Source: Leptogorgia sarmentosa
Lineage: Eukaryota
Direction: 5' to 3'
NCBI GenBank assembly: GCA_964658305.1
Contig: OZ210885.1
Coordinates: 4,836,001 to 4,900,000 of the forward strand
DNA: 64,000 nt
The notes under the pieces were generated by a model that saw nothing but the letters and a program-made list of their open reading frames with translations, ran no database searches and was not told the origin of the DNA. The translations under genes and the position numbers were made by a program. Below, one piece after another: positions 13,301 through 26,105 of the stretch; position 1 is the stretch's first letter, and each line of letters opens with the position of its first letter.

Positions 13301-13630
13301 TGATGAATTGCATTATTTTGTTATGCACTGCTTTAATTAGGCACAGAGGTTAAAGAATTCGTTTTTCACCGAGATTTTTCAACACGCTCGCATTTGCCTG
13401 ATTTTCTTCCATATCGTACAAAAAATATGTCATTCAACTGCTAAGACCTTGATCTTTATGACCATGCAAAAATCACGTTCGTACACCCAGTAATTAACGC
13501 ACAATGGCATGCCATGATTACCTTTTTTTTGAGACACCCTGTATATTAATGATTTGCCTGATTGTTTGAAATCAACTAATCCATGCATGTATGCGGATGA
13601 TAATCAAATCTTTTCATCTTCCTATAGAGT
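10328..13630 (+). mobile_element. CR1/L2-type LINE, decayed (ORF1 remnants, endonuclease, RT), 3'-truncated
   Basis: KIASINVNSL, GGGVVLYIR, WYRPS, IIGDIN, SDHSLIY, PWIT, KATGLDKIP, QSGFRPKHST, GVPQGSILGPLLFLLY|INDL..MYADD; multiple frameshifts. Confidence 0.9.
12963..13541. mobile_element. Tc1/mariner-type MITE with ~200-bp TIRs and TA TSD
   Basis: TA|CAGGGTGTCTCAAAAAAA...TTTTTTTGAGACACCCTG|TA; arms ~12963-13166 and ~13344-13541. Removing it restores CTA TTA TAT ATT AAT GAT (LLYIND) in the LINE RT. Confidence 0.95.
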
Positions 13631-15329
13631 TTGACCGCCTTTTTAAAGATTTTTTTATCGATAAGAACACCAAGACTTGACACACAAAAAATCAAAATAC
13701 ATCGTGAAGGAACAGAAGATACAAAATAGCGATCCTGATTTAGAAGACAAAATTTCATAGTTTCTGTACATCGCTGATGCCAATTCAACATGAAGCGTTA
13801 CCAAGTAAATAGCTTTGAACTAGGGATCCAAGGATAGTGCAAAGTTTCAAAAGATAGACACTATGTTACATGGTTTAGTTGCGTAATTGCTGTTCATGAA
13901 TGCAGGCTTATACAGGAGCTATTATAGCTATTATTCAAAGTCAGTTTAAAACTAACTGAAAGGAACAACGGCAATGTCCACAATTATGGATAGGCCAAAT
14001 ATATTTTGTTTAATCATAGTACTGCGAGAATACAAAATAGTTATTTGAATTACTTAAATTCTTTATTTCCCCTTTTCGGTATTTGACATTTACACCATCG
14101 TATAAACATAATAAAGCATACATGAATCATTGAATGGTTCAGTCACCACTGTTCTTTGTAAGGCAATGATATCTGCCACATGATGTCATATGACATAATA
14201 TATAAATAATACAAGATTCGTACATGTGTAATATGTCTGAATGACGTAGCTAATTTGGACTATAAGAATCACTTCTCTCTTTTCATATCAGAAAGTGAAG
14301 CCTCAATCCTCATAGACATAAATCAATAATAATTAATCGAGATTGTTTCAAACAGTCCTTTCTTGTAATTTGCGCTGATTTCACAACGGCTTAAACTTGT
14401 TTCTTATCTTTTCTTCTGAAATTCATATTTATAATAACATAATATTGTCATTGGGTCGCGTAAATCATATGCTATCATTTTCATCATAATAAAACTTTTA
14501 TATTACAACGGTATTTACAGTGTTTTCACTTTACTTCGATTTTGAAGTGCTCCTAGTATAACTCGCGGACTTCTTACTGTATTGGATCATGATAAACAGA
14601 CATTAATTTATGTCCATTTCAATTTTTGAAGACAGCACTGTTATAAATAGCAATTTATTATATATTTGTTACCACATGCCATCCAATATTTGATGCCGCC
14701 AGCTGGCACGCAATTTTTATATTGAAATCAATACGTTTACTTTTCTCGCAAAGCTAACTATAGAATATCGTTACAACTGTAGTGCAACTACAAACATGTT
14801 TTGTATTTCTAAATGTTCTATGTAAGACACGCGCCCATTGTCATCGCCATATTTTCACATTTAAAAATATTGTAAACTTTCACACGCATGCGCATTTAGA
14901 CCATTTCTCACGAAAAATCGAGCTGCAGGGGGGAAGTCGTTTAGAATGCATCGAAATACCCGTTTGATAAATAAAAAATATCACAATAAAATCGATAGTT
15001 GCATGATTACATTTTGCTTAACATTTTAAAAAACAACAGAATTACATGTAAAGAAGTCATAACTTGTGTAGTTAGTTAAAAAGTGAAACCAGAATTGTTT
15101 TTATATCGATCCGGTAAGGAAAAGCAGCAATCGCAAACCCCCCCCCGTAAAGTTTACACTATGATGTATGTATGACTCGTGTAAATTTCGCCCCTCATCA
15201 CAATAGTGCAAAGTTAAACTTTGCACTAAAAATGCAATATGAAACATGTTCCTGTGGAAGTCATAGACTATAATGTCGATAAATCAATTTCAAATCTCGT
15301 GGCATTTTCAAGACGAAAGAACGGCTGCG

Positions 15330-16000
15330 TATTTTCATCTATGTGATGAAATCTCCATACAAGAATAAAAACATTGAATCCATTGCTGATTACAAGATTA
15401 CTTCAGTGGAACGAAGTAAACTGCACCGAAGACAGCTCAAAATGCGACACTGTCACAATCACATCCAACGCAAAAGAAAGACAAAAGGCAATACTCACAA
15501 TTCAATCTTGATAGCTAGAGGTTGCATCCAAACAAAAGACCACTTTGTCAAAGAATGGTGCTACTACGAATTTCCAGTAATTATGGAGATGGTCAACGAC
15601 CCTGTCATACTCCAGATGAAGACTTGATATCATTCCTTGATGTCATTTCAACACAGAAAACATCATCCTCGGACAACAACAACAGAAACATATCGGAGCC
15701 ACTACTAAAATCGGCACTCTCAATGTTCACTGAAGGCTGATTTTATCCAATTTAAGATGGAATCCATTGAAGACATTGAGGAACTGAAATCAAATTTAGC
15801 ATGAAAGGACAAAATTATCGGTAGCCAGAATGAAGAAATCTCAGCACTACATAAAGCATACACAACAACCAAGAAATGCTCAGTTTCATCACATTGAAAC
15901 AGTCCAACCCTGATGAAGAAATTAACAACCTCAAAAAGAAATACTCTGCACTCAAAGACAAAAACCCAAAAACCCAAAGGCAATTTTACCAAAACACTCA
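15330..16000 (+). pseudogene. Degraded RTEX-like ORF1 remnant
   Basis: ILIARGCIQTKDHFVKEW..EF and KSALSMFTE(ADF) align with ORF1 at 33162 (STGRIKIEGRFIKEWGEKEF; KTSLSTLEADF). Confidence 0.6.
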
Positions 16001-16129
16001 ATGTTCCACTGTATATTGTTTAATATATATATTGCATTATAAAAATATCATTTTGCATAATTATGCATGCACAGTTTACAGACAGGAAACTTGATATAAA
16101 AGATTTACGTTGTGTTTTCATCTGTATCA

Positions 16130-17691
16130 TATGTTTATACATAGTTATAGATTGATTTAGAAAAGTTTAGAGATGGTAGTTCTGGAAAGGTTAGAGTCAG
16201 TGGAGATGGAGCACAGATGACCCGAAACACCAGCTTTGTAATAATGCCATTCTTATTGTTGGATTCTGATGATGTCATGTCATCCAAGGGTAATTTTGAT
16301 TCTACTATGTCATCAGCTATGGTCGTGTCAGAGTTGTACGAGAAAGAGCATACGCATGCGCAAATTAGGCAGTTGTTTACGTCTTGTCGCAAGTGAAGGC
16401 ATGGTTTTTTTTTTAACACAATATTTACAATCCTTCCCATCGAGACGCTATTTACTGGATTATTGCACCAAGAAGTATATCATCAGACTCCTACAGATAA
16501 GTTGATCTTTACCTTGTACCTCTGTTGTTTTAGTTGTGCTAATTTGCTATTCAAATTAAGTATTATGTCTAATGAAGATATAGTCAATGAACACTCGCCT
16601 CCGCACGACACCAACGATGTGTCTGTTCCGCACAGAGAATCTGAATCTCAACTGATTTCAGTGCTATCCGCAATGCAAGCGAGCATGGCTCAAACAAACA
16701 CCTATTTAAAAATGATATTTCAAGAGAGGCGAAGTGTGCCAAAACATGGTTATCACGTTGCCGCAGGCTCTGTAGAAGGCAGAGGCGATGAAGAATCAGC
16801 TCCAAAGTGAGCAAAAGCTGCCACAAAGTCTGGCAAAGAAGCCAACAGCCATGAATGTCCCAGTCACCAGCTAAGTACTGATGACATTTCAGATTCCTGT
16901 GATGAACCCCAGGAAGTTGAAAATCATCCGCATGATGATATTGTGAGCCTGTAGGGAGGGTTAGATTTTGATGCTGAGAGTGCAGATAATGCCAGCCTCC
17001 TATCTGATATTGTCCAACAATTGTCCTTTAACGAATCAACTGGCCCTCCTGTATCAGATCAATTAACAAAAATCATAAACTCAAAATTAAGTGAGGAGTT
17101 GATTTTGCAAAATTAAAAGAAACATTAGGCACACCAAGATGTATGTGCCCAAGGTAAACCAAGAAATCTGGCAAAAAATGAAGGCATATGCCAAAAAGGC
17201 AGATACAAAATTGGCTAACTTGCAGGATACAATCATGAAAGCGCTGTCTGGCATGTCTAGCTGTATTCATGAACTGCTACAATGTCGGGAAACTAAAACA
17301 ATTCCCAATTATCAAAACATCATACCACAACTACTTGATACAACTGCTCTCTTGGGGCATGTGTACCGGGAGCTGTCGTTCAAACGGAAAGAGGCCATTA
17401 GGCCAATGTTACATCCAGACTTTAAGCCTTTATGTTCAAAGAACCACAAAGTTGGGCTGTTTGGTGAGGATTTGGCTAAAACTGTAATGACCTTGATCCA
17501 CCAAACTGGACAGAATAACTTTAATAAATGCTATCATGCACATGGACCATCACAACCTAGCAAACCTTTTTTTTATCCCAAAGGGGGAGGCCACAGTTTC
17601 CTCCCAGAAAAGCCCAACACTACCAACAACAGAAAACATCCACAAAGCATTTATTTAGAAACATTGAAAAATCCGGTTGACAGGTACATAC
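16130..17691 (+). mobile_element. DIRS-type element 5' region with gag-like ORF (decayed)
   Basis: PKVNQEIWQKM..DTKLANLQ..ALLGHVYRELSFKRKEAIRPML...LFGEDL is typical of DIRS ORF1. It is cut at 17692 by the Gypsy LTR. Confidence 0.65.
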
Positions 17692-17849
17692 TGTGAGGTC
17701 TTTGATCATAAAAATCAATTTTTATTTAGGAATCTATACAACAACTGCCGGAATATCATATTTACCATTCTTTTATACCCAGCAGTGCATTGTGGGCCTT
17801 GCTACTAATTATACATGCAAATTACATAAATTAGCTTATAAACATTACA
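17692..17849 (-). repeat. Gypsy 3' LTR (158 bp) preceded by a polypurine tract
   Basis: Minus strand: PPT AGAAGGAAGGAGA (17862-17850), then TGTAATG...AATAAA...GACCTCACA. Confidence 0.65.
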
Positions 17850-18072
17850 TCTCCTTCCTTCTAGTTATAATGTCTATATGTTCTTTAAAGTTAAATAATT
17901 ATTAGTTCTAATTATTAGTTTTTTTTAATTGTTTTAATACTTTCATTTGATATATATAAAAAGTTCTTACTCTATCTAGTGTCATTTTCTAAACAATAAT
18001 AAACAATATAATACAATACTAAATACTTATCTAGCTCTTTTACTTTAAGATAACCAGATCATAATCCAGTTT

Positions 18073-19606
18073 CTATAGATCAAGTATCTTCCTAAGAACT
18101 CGAATCCTTGTTGACCTTCGTAATGGTGGTGGTTGTTGATTTTCAGTTTCAGGTACAATTGTCGGAATTTCAACCGAATCGTTTTGGATATCTTTATTAC
18201 AGGAATTTTCTTTCGGTGGTGATGTGGATACTTCTTTGGCAGGCGTGGTTTGACGCTCAGACATGGTAGAAGGATTTACCTTTGGAGATGATACCGGAGA
18301 TTGGGACTCTTCAATGTATTCTTCAACATGTGGAGGGTTGATTTCTTGAAAGGTTAATTTCTTAAAGGTTAATTTCTTGAATTTCTCGTGACAGAGGCGT
18401 TTGCATTTTTTGGCGGTGATCATACTCCCCTTCATTTTAACAACCATCATTGGATTAGGATCATAAACGGTTGATCCTTTACTCATGGTGAATGGTCGCT
18501 TTACTAATACTGAATCACCAAAGTTGATATCGGAAGGTTTTACATAACACTTCTTGTCAACATATGCTTTGATCTTCATTTCCTGTGACAAATCACGCCT
18601 TTGAATTATTTTGGACACAGGGTCGACGTTGTTGGCTTGAGGGATCTGGTTACGGACAGCACGTTTCATCAATAATACACTAGGAGCTACGCCAGTGGTG
18701 GTATGAGGAGTCGTTCGGTAGTTTCATAGAAATACTTGTAATTCTTTCCTCCCGTCTTAGCGGCTTTGATGTATTTCTTTAAGGTCTTGACAAATCTTTC
18801 AACCTCGCCATTGGCTCTAGGCCAAAGTGGTGTAACTTTACGATGTTTAAAACCAATCACTTGAGAAAACTTGACTAATTCATCACCATTGAATGGTGGT
18901 CCATTGTCTGTCCGAACAACCAGAGGTGTTCCAAACGTGGTAAATAACCTATCTAACTTCGGTATAACGGCACTCGCCGAGGAGTGTTTCCCCATTCACC
19001 TATACGAAGTCAACACTTACTTCGTCAAATGGGTTGTCCGGCAAAACAGACATCTGGAGTGGTTCTCTGGTGTATATCAGTGTTAAAATTTGGCATGGTA
19101 AACAGGCTTTAACCTTATCTTCTGTCATTCGGTCCATGCATGGGAACCACGTTTTCTCTCTAAGGAGGGCTTTGGTCTTCACTATACCCATGTGTCCTTC
19201 ATGGGCGATGTTGACTATTCGTTCTTGTAACAATGCAGGTACAACGATACGATCTTCCTTTAGGAGCAAAGATTCGGTGCAAGTCAACTGTTCTTTAACT
19301 TTCTCATAACGGGATAATTCTGATAGTGATACATTGGGTGGAGCTTTATGCCAGCAACCAGACCTAACTGCAGACATGACAGCTTAAAGGGTAGGATCAT
19401 TTGCAACTTTCGGCACAGCATTCTTTGCAACAAAAGCAATGTGTTCTTCAGCTTCGTCTTCATACTTCGGAGATTCCAGATCTCCCATTGGGTGTCTTGA
19501 AGAATAGTCTGCTGGATTGGAAACACCGGGACGATATTCTACTGTAAAACGATATCGCTGTAGATCTAATAGCCAACGTTCAATCCTGGCTGAGGGTTTA
19601 GATGAT
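18073..19606 (-). pseudogene. Ty3/Gypsy pol, 3' part (end of RNase H, integrase, C-terminal tail)
   Basis: ARIERWLL..EYRPG..NPADYSSRHP, AHEGHMGIVKTKALLR..WFP..CLPCQ, RTDNGPPF, WPRANGEVERF, PLRRSTR; frameshifted. Confidence 0.9.
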
Positions 19607-19868
19607 TGTGAATACCTCTACGTGTTCTTTATTTTATAGCGGCTTACTTGGTCTTAAACTTACACCTGTTCCTACATGTTTCCGTATCATTAAGTAAACC
19701 ACTTTTAATTTGTGTGAGAAGCACGTCCTCGTTACACGCGCAAATGTCTTGAAAGATTGTGTGCAAAACTGTCCGATGTTGCACAATTTATAGCCTATGT
19801 AATATATGCACACTTAATTACACACTGCAATGAACACAAAAAAATCCATATTCCAAATAGACACGACA
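19607..19868 (-). repeat. BEL B 3' LTR
   Basis: Direct repeat of 25839-26100 with 7 mismatches; a G-rich tract GGGGCCGCTT precedes it on the minus strand. Confidence 0.95.
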
Positions 19869-19951
19869 AAGCGGCCCCACATGGACTCTGCTCTATAGCT
19901 TGTCCATTGTTCCTCTTTTTAGTGTCATTGGACCTTATAAAATATAAGTCA

Positions 19952-21313
19952 TTAGTTAGTCTGAGTGTTCTTATTGTCTCCTTCAAGAAGACAAATCTGG
20001 CTTATTGGACGGTGAAATTCTCCAGTTGCCGTCCGAATCTTAGCTGAAAGTATTCTCCCATCATGTCCTGGAAAAACTTCTGTTATTCGACCAAGTGGCC
20101 ATTTATTCCGAGCAACTCCCGTCTCTTTTATTATCACAAGATCATCAACTTCGATATTCCTCCTCGTTTGGAACCATTTTTGACGTTCTTGGAGTTTGGG
20201 AAGATACTCATGGATCCATCTCTTCCAGAATAGATCTGTCATGTATTGGACCTTCCTCCATTGCTTGCGTCCAATATAGTCCTCTTTTGCGAACGTGCCT
20301 GGTGGTAATCCTGGAATTCGTCTTTGCAGAAGGAAATGGTTGGGTGTGAGGGCTTCCAAGTCCTCTGGATCTTCAGATGCTGCTACTAATGGACGATTGT
20401 TCATTATGAATTCAACTTCAGCGAACAAGGTCCTCAGGGCAAACTCGTTTAACAGTCGATCTCCTGTTATCATTTTCAGATGCTTCTTTGCAGTTTGAAC
20501 CAAACGCTCCCATACGCCAGACATATGAGGTGCTGCAGGTGGATGAAATACCCATTTTATTCGCCTCTTCATCATTTCGCTTTCGATCTTCCTTTGATCT
20601 AACTCGTCGAGGGCTTCTTGCAACTCTCGGCTCGCTCCCACGAAATTAGTCCCTCTATCTGATCGAATTTCCTTTGGAGGACCTCTTCGGCTGATAAACT
20701 GGCATAGGAGAAGTATGAAGTCATCGGTTTGCAATGATGGAGCGACTTCCAAAAATACTGCAGGTGTTGCCAAGCAAGTAATTAAGCATCCCCATCTTTT
20801 AGCTACTCTGCGGCCCCGCTGAATCATCAAGGGTCCAAAGAAGTCAACACCTGCGTTGGTGAATGGTGGATTATATGGTTCTAGTCTCACTTCGGGTAAA
20901 GGAGCCATAACTTGGGTCAATGGTCTGCTATTCAGTCGCAGACATCTAAAGCAATTTCTTATTATTTTCTTCACAAGGGTTCTTCCCTGGATTATCCAAA
21001 ACTTTTCTCTTGACTGGGCAAGTGTTTGTTCTCGACCAGCGTGAGCCGATGATTCATGATAACGTCGCAGGATCAATAGACTGAGGTGGTGATTCCTTGG
21101 TAGAATGACTGGGTGCTTTTCTGCATAGGACAATGTAGGTGCTCGTTCTAAACGTCCGCCAACTCTCAATATATCGTTGGATAATATTGGCTTCAATTTT
21201 ATGAGATTACTTGTCCGTACCAATTTCCTTTTGAGATGATTGATATCTTCGACAAAGGCTTCTTTCTGTACACACATGATCTTGCAAGCGTGATCGAGTT
21301 CTTCTAACGTCAA
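19952..21313 (-). CDS. BEL/Pao integrase region (longest intact piece of pol)
   Basis: ILRVGGRL, H..HAG..CFRC zinc finger, GVDFFGP, SDRGTNFVG, GVWERLV, LTPNHFL, WPLGRI. Confidence 0.9.
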   Translation of the reverse strand: MTLEELDHACKIMCVQKEAFVEDINHLKRKLVRTSNLIKLKPILSNDILRVGGRLERAPTLSYAEKHPVILPRNHHLSLLILRRYHESSAHAGREQTLAQSREKFWIIQGRTLVKKIIRNCFRCLRLNSRPLTQVMAPLPEVRLEPYNPPFTNAGVDFFGPLMIQRGRRVAKRWGCLITCLATPAVFLEVAPSLQTDDFILLLCQFISRRGPPKEIRSDRGTNFVGASRELQEALDELDQRKIESEMMKRRIKWVFHPPAAPHMSGVWERLVQTAKKHLKMITGDRLLNEFALRTLFAEVEFIMNNRPLVAASEDPEDLEALTPNHFLLQRRIPGLPPGTFAKEDYIGRKQWRKVQYMTDLFWKRWIHEYLPKLQERQKWFQTRRNIEVDDLVIIKETGVARNKWPLGRITEVFPGHDGRILSAKIRTATGEFHRPISQICLLEGDNKNTQTN

Positions 21314-24300
21314 GGCTCCCCGGGTGCAGCCCGTTTTCTTGGTTCAGATCCAAGTAGCAAAGCGTGCTAGCCAAGCCAGATTACGTTGTAGTTTGATCCA
21401 TGAACTGTGATAACTGATCAGTTTTGATAACATATCGTCATGGGCAGCAGCTGTTTTGATTACGTGAATCTTCACTTTAGCGAGGACTTCTGGGTCGTCA
21501 TTCGGGATGGAGGATACTTCAGTCGTTGGCCAATTTTCTCGTTCCTGCCACAAGAATGCTGGTCCGTTCCACCATCGAGATTGAGAGCATAATTTCTGCT
21601 GACTTAGACCTCGTGAAGCATCATCGGCTGGATTCAGTTTCCCAGGACAGTATCGCCATTGTTCGGGGATAGTTTCTTCACTAATTTCCGTCACACGATT
21701 GGCCACACACGTATTGAAACGTTTTGTTCGATTTCTGATGTACGACAGAGTCGTCTGGGAGTCCGTCCAGAAAAACATCTGCGCAATTGGGTATGTCAGC
21801 TCTTCTTTTATTACCTTGTACACCTTCACGGACAGGCTAGTTGAAGTTCCAATCTGGGAATCGATATTGGCTTTAATGGACATGTCCTCGACTTTCCAAT
21901 CAAGAATGCACAATGCACGGTCCTATCAACATGTAGAAATCTCAGGTACGAACACATGCCATAGCCACTTTCTGATGCGTCAGAAAACAAATGCAAAGTA
22001 ATTTCGACTGCGTTCGTGTTACTTGATAGATAACATCGTGGAATTTCTACAGAGGCCAGCTCTGGTAGTTTTGCTTTCCACTTTTCCCATTTAGCACTTT
22101 CTGTGGCTGATATAGGCTCGTCCCAATCCATTCTAGCCTTCCACAAGCGTTGCATAATCTTCTTTGCCTCCAAAACTACAGGACAAACAAGTCCAAGGGG
22201 ATCATACAGTCAACTGAAGGTGGATAGAACACCTCTCTCTTCGAGTTTGGTTTGTTCAGGTTGGTCACTTGGAATTTGAATATGTCACGCTCTATGTCCC
22301 ATTGAACTCGTAGGGCTCTTCTACTGGTAGATGATCAAGATCAAGGTCCAATGTAGGATTTGCTCTTTCTTCTCCCGGTATGTTGGCCAAAACCGCTCTG
22401 CTGTTGCTCATCCACTTCGCTAGTCGAAATCCGCCAAGCTTCAGTAACTGGATTAATTCGTTTGCCAATCGGATCGCCTGCAATTCTGATGGTAAAGATA
22501 TAAGCAAGTCATCCACGTAAAAGTCCTTCTTTACAGTGTTCACTGCTTCTTCATTGAATTCTGCTTTATTGTCTTCGGCGGTTCTCTTCAGACAATAGTT
22601 AGCACAACATGGCGAGTCTGTTGCACCAAAGATATGACTCGTCATTTGGTACTCTTCTGGCATTCCTTCAAGATCTTCAAGATCCACGTCTTGTTAGTCC
22701 ATCGGGCAGTTTCTTCCAAGATCAGTTTTCGAGCGTAGCCTTTTTGTAGCTCCGCATTCTTATCGAGTTTTCTTTTGAGAGTGCGTAGTTGCGCTGCTGC
22801 CATGTTTCTTTTGTCTGGAAGCCAAGTTTCTTCACTTTTCCATAGCATACCAACTTCATAATGACCATTCACCATACAAACGGTCTTGTCCAGAATTTTC
22901 AGGGCTTGTCTATCATCTTGCAACATCGCTTTGGATCCAGAATTACCAAATCCAACGTTGTCCAAGTCGAGCAGTTGTTGTAACTGTTGTTCTAAGTGTT
23001 CCTCTCTATATTTGGGGAAATGAACATTAGTTCTTCCCCCATCCATCATTTTCTTTCAGTCCTACTGGTCCAAGAATTGCCCAACCAAGAATAGTGTGAA
23101 CAGCATATGGTTCTTCGATTCGACCAATACGGCTTTCTTCATGACCTTGAACCTCAGGAATGTTGGCGCCAATTAGAACCGTGACTTCGTCTTCGTCTAT
23201 CTCTGGAATAGTGATCTCAGAAAGGTGTGGCCATCTTGACAAATCAGAAGGCTTGAATGGTTTCACATTTAATCTTTCAACGATTCTAATATCTTCAATT
23301 TGCACCTTACGATGTTCAGGATTCTCTAAGGTTCAACTGTCACGTCTGTTCGTCCAACGCTTACCGTTGACTCGCCTGCCAGAGTACAAACTGTCAATGT
23401 ATCGAAACTCTTCTCCTTCAAGTTTAATTTCTCGGCTAGTGCTCGTGTCAAATTCTTCACTACCAGTATCAAGGAGGGCATAGGTTTCAATCGATTGGCC
23501 ACTTTCACTGTATACTCGAATTGGGACGACTTGTAAAGTAATCTTAATTCTTGCCGTCGAACTTCGTTTGTGACTATCATGACTCATGGCGGCCGATACA
23601 CTGACCGAATCCTTTGGGATACCATCAACTTGCTTTACGTTGGTTGAGTCCCTATCCTTGTTGGTTTCTGTTCTTGTCTTTAGTCCAGCTGGAAGAATTT
23701 CCTGGTCCGCAGCAACGTTCTTGTGCAACAGCGAGTGATGTTTTCTCTTGCAGCTTAAACATCGCAACCTTGATTTACAGTGAAATGCAAAATGTCCAAC
23801 ATTAAGACAGTTCAGACAAAGTCGGTGGGTCCTTCGTTGTCTGATTGTTTTGTTCTTAAAAACGGAACAATCGCTCAATTGGTGTACACCTTCGCACACG
23901 ACGCACTTCGCTTCCCTTTCTCCACCACTCTTTACTGGGCCCCCATCAACCTCATCAGTCCGAAACTGTGCAGCCATTGTTGAGATTCTTTCTTTGTTTT
24001 TCTTGCTTGGGTATTTGTCTAATCTTCGAGGAAACGTCGTCGGTCTCTCCGCTTCTCCTATACGGCCAAAGATGGGATCATTCATGGCCAAAGATGGGAT
24101 CATTCACGACTTCCGCACGTCTTTCGATGAATTCCACCAAGTCAAGTAAACTTGGATCCCGTTTTTGCTCTCAAATCTGTTCTCTCTCCATTTCACTTGA
24201 TGGGTTATCGCTAGTTTTCGACTCATCTGGGCTATGTTGGCCATGTTCATCTTGTCCAAAGCGTTGATTGAAGATAAGGTTTCGTACAACGTTCTCGCTC

Positions 24301-25838
24301 GATCTGCGAATTCTCTCAAATCTACTCTATCGTTGTTGGGAATGTTGGCCCGTCCACCATTGCATCGACGCACGCTTTCGTTACGATTTGAGGTTGACCA
24401 TACCTGTTCTCGAGTAAACGCATGGCCTTGTAGAGTCCACCTGGTATGCCTTCAAAACCTGCGACAGCGATTCTAGCCTTTCCGTCCAGAAACTGTAACA
24501 GCCGACTCATCTGCTGGGATTCAGTAAGATCTTGTGTTAATACCATCTCATCGAATCGGGACTTAAATTGAAAGTATTTACACAGATCACTAGTAAACTT
24601 TACTACTTCGAGTGGAGGGAGATTTGTCCTGGTCACAATCGAATTCAAACTGCTTGTAAGTTTGGTTAAAATACGTCCAAATTGATCAGTCTGTCTTTGG
24701 GGAGAGTAATCAGGTTCAAAGCGTACTTTGGATTCCAGTCTCTCTCGGTTTCTATTGACACTTAGTGGTGGAAATAAGGTTTCACGGTCTACTCCACTTA
24801 ACGGTGAAGGGGACAGGTCATAATGATAAGGTAGAAAGCTTTCCCTTAGTCTTACTGGTGTGACTGGGTGTCTCTCGTCCATACATGGTATTCGTAAATG
24901 GCTTTCGTTTTATCAATGGATTACGCAGAGTGCTTAGGATTGGTGGTGGGTCTCGAAATCCATCTGCACTCGGTAGTTGAGGTTTTAATGCAGTAAAAGT
25001 CTTGACGTTTCTTTTTAGGTCGGTAACTCCTTCGTCTGACATTACTATCGGCGGCGACTTATCAACCTTAGATTTCACGTCCAGCACTTCCAAGAGAATT
25101 TCTTCAAACTGCTCAAACAGCTGCTCCTTTGTCCGGGCAAGGTCTGCTTCGTCCTCTGCTTCAGCAAATTCATTGTCAAGTTTCAAGCATTGTTCTCTTA
25201 GCTTTCTCTCCTTCGCGTTCTTCAACAGTTCTAATTTCTTTTTAGCCAAAATTTTGTCAAGCCTCACTTCTTCACGACTTTTCAAACTTAAACTTGTTCT
25301 TCTCGAAGACAGTGAAGTCTCGCTTCGTTCTTCGTCTTGAACTCTCGTAGCTCTCACCCCTGCATCGATTGCTTCCGAACCTTCGGTCATCTTCGTTGCA
25401 TAAACGTCCTTCCGCTTCTGTTCGTCATCTCGGCTTAGAAACTGTTCAATTTCAGCCATATATAATTGATAAACCTGAAACCGTTCCTTACGATTGTCAT
25501 GTTCTTTAGTGTGGTCAGCGCTTTCACTCGGAATAAGCTGCATTAGTTCATCAAAGACTCACCAATAATGCCCCCACTGTTCAACCAAGCGTTCCTTGTA
25601 TACTTGTACTTCTTTCCAATTTCGCTTATCTCGTAACAACGCATCCAAAAAGTCCGTTATCTTCGTTATTTCCCCGGCATGTTCTGCCTTTACTCACTTT
25701 AAACTCGTAATTCTTTCATGGGACATTGCGTCAGCCATGATTTCAGCTACGATGTTTCAACAAACGTCCAGACGACAAAACACAAGACTAATTCGGTACG
25801 CTCCACCTGGTTTCACATATTACACAAATTAAAAGCAA

Positions 25839-26100
25839 TGTGAATACCTCTACGTGTTCTTTATTTTATAGCAGCTTACTTGGTCTTAAACTTACACATG
25901 TTCCTACATGTTTCCGTATCATTAAGTAAACCACTTTTAATTTGTGTGAGAAGCACGTCCTCATTACACGCATAAATGTCTTGAAAGATTGTGTGCAAAA
26001 CTGTCCAATGTTGCACAATTTATAGCCTATGTAATATATGCACACTTAATTACACACTGCAATGAACACAAAAAAATCCATATTCCAAATAGACATGACA
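25839..26100 (-). repeat. BEL B 5' LTR
   Basis: Direct repeat of 19607-19868, upstream of gag on the minus strand. Confidence 0.95.
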
Positions 26101-26105
26101 ATGAT

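Larger units (their letters stand above)
19607..26100 (-). mobile_element. Full-length BEL/Pao LTR retrotransposon B with ATGAT TSD, inserted in Gypsy RNase H
   Basis: 262-bp LTRs at 19607-19868 and 25839-26100 (TG..CA); ATGAT at 19602-19606 and 26101-26105. Contains gag zinc knuckles, protease ALLDTGS, RT FYVDD, RNase H LFSDAS/IPRLEL and integrase (ORF 19952-21313). Excision restores Gypsy LFNNPSSKPSARIERW. Confidence 0.97.

Noticed and set aside
19757..20047. Near-identical ORFs at 19757 and 25989 as a duplicated gene
   Set aside because: They are translations of the BEL LTRs.
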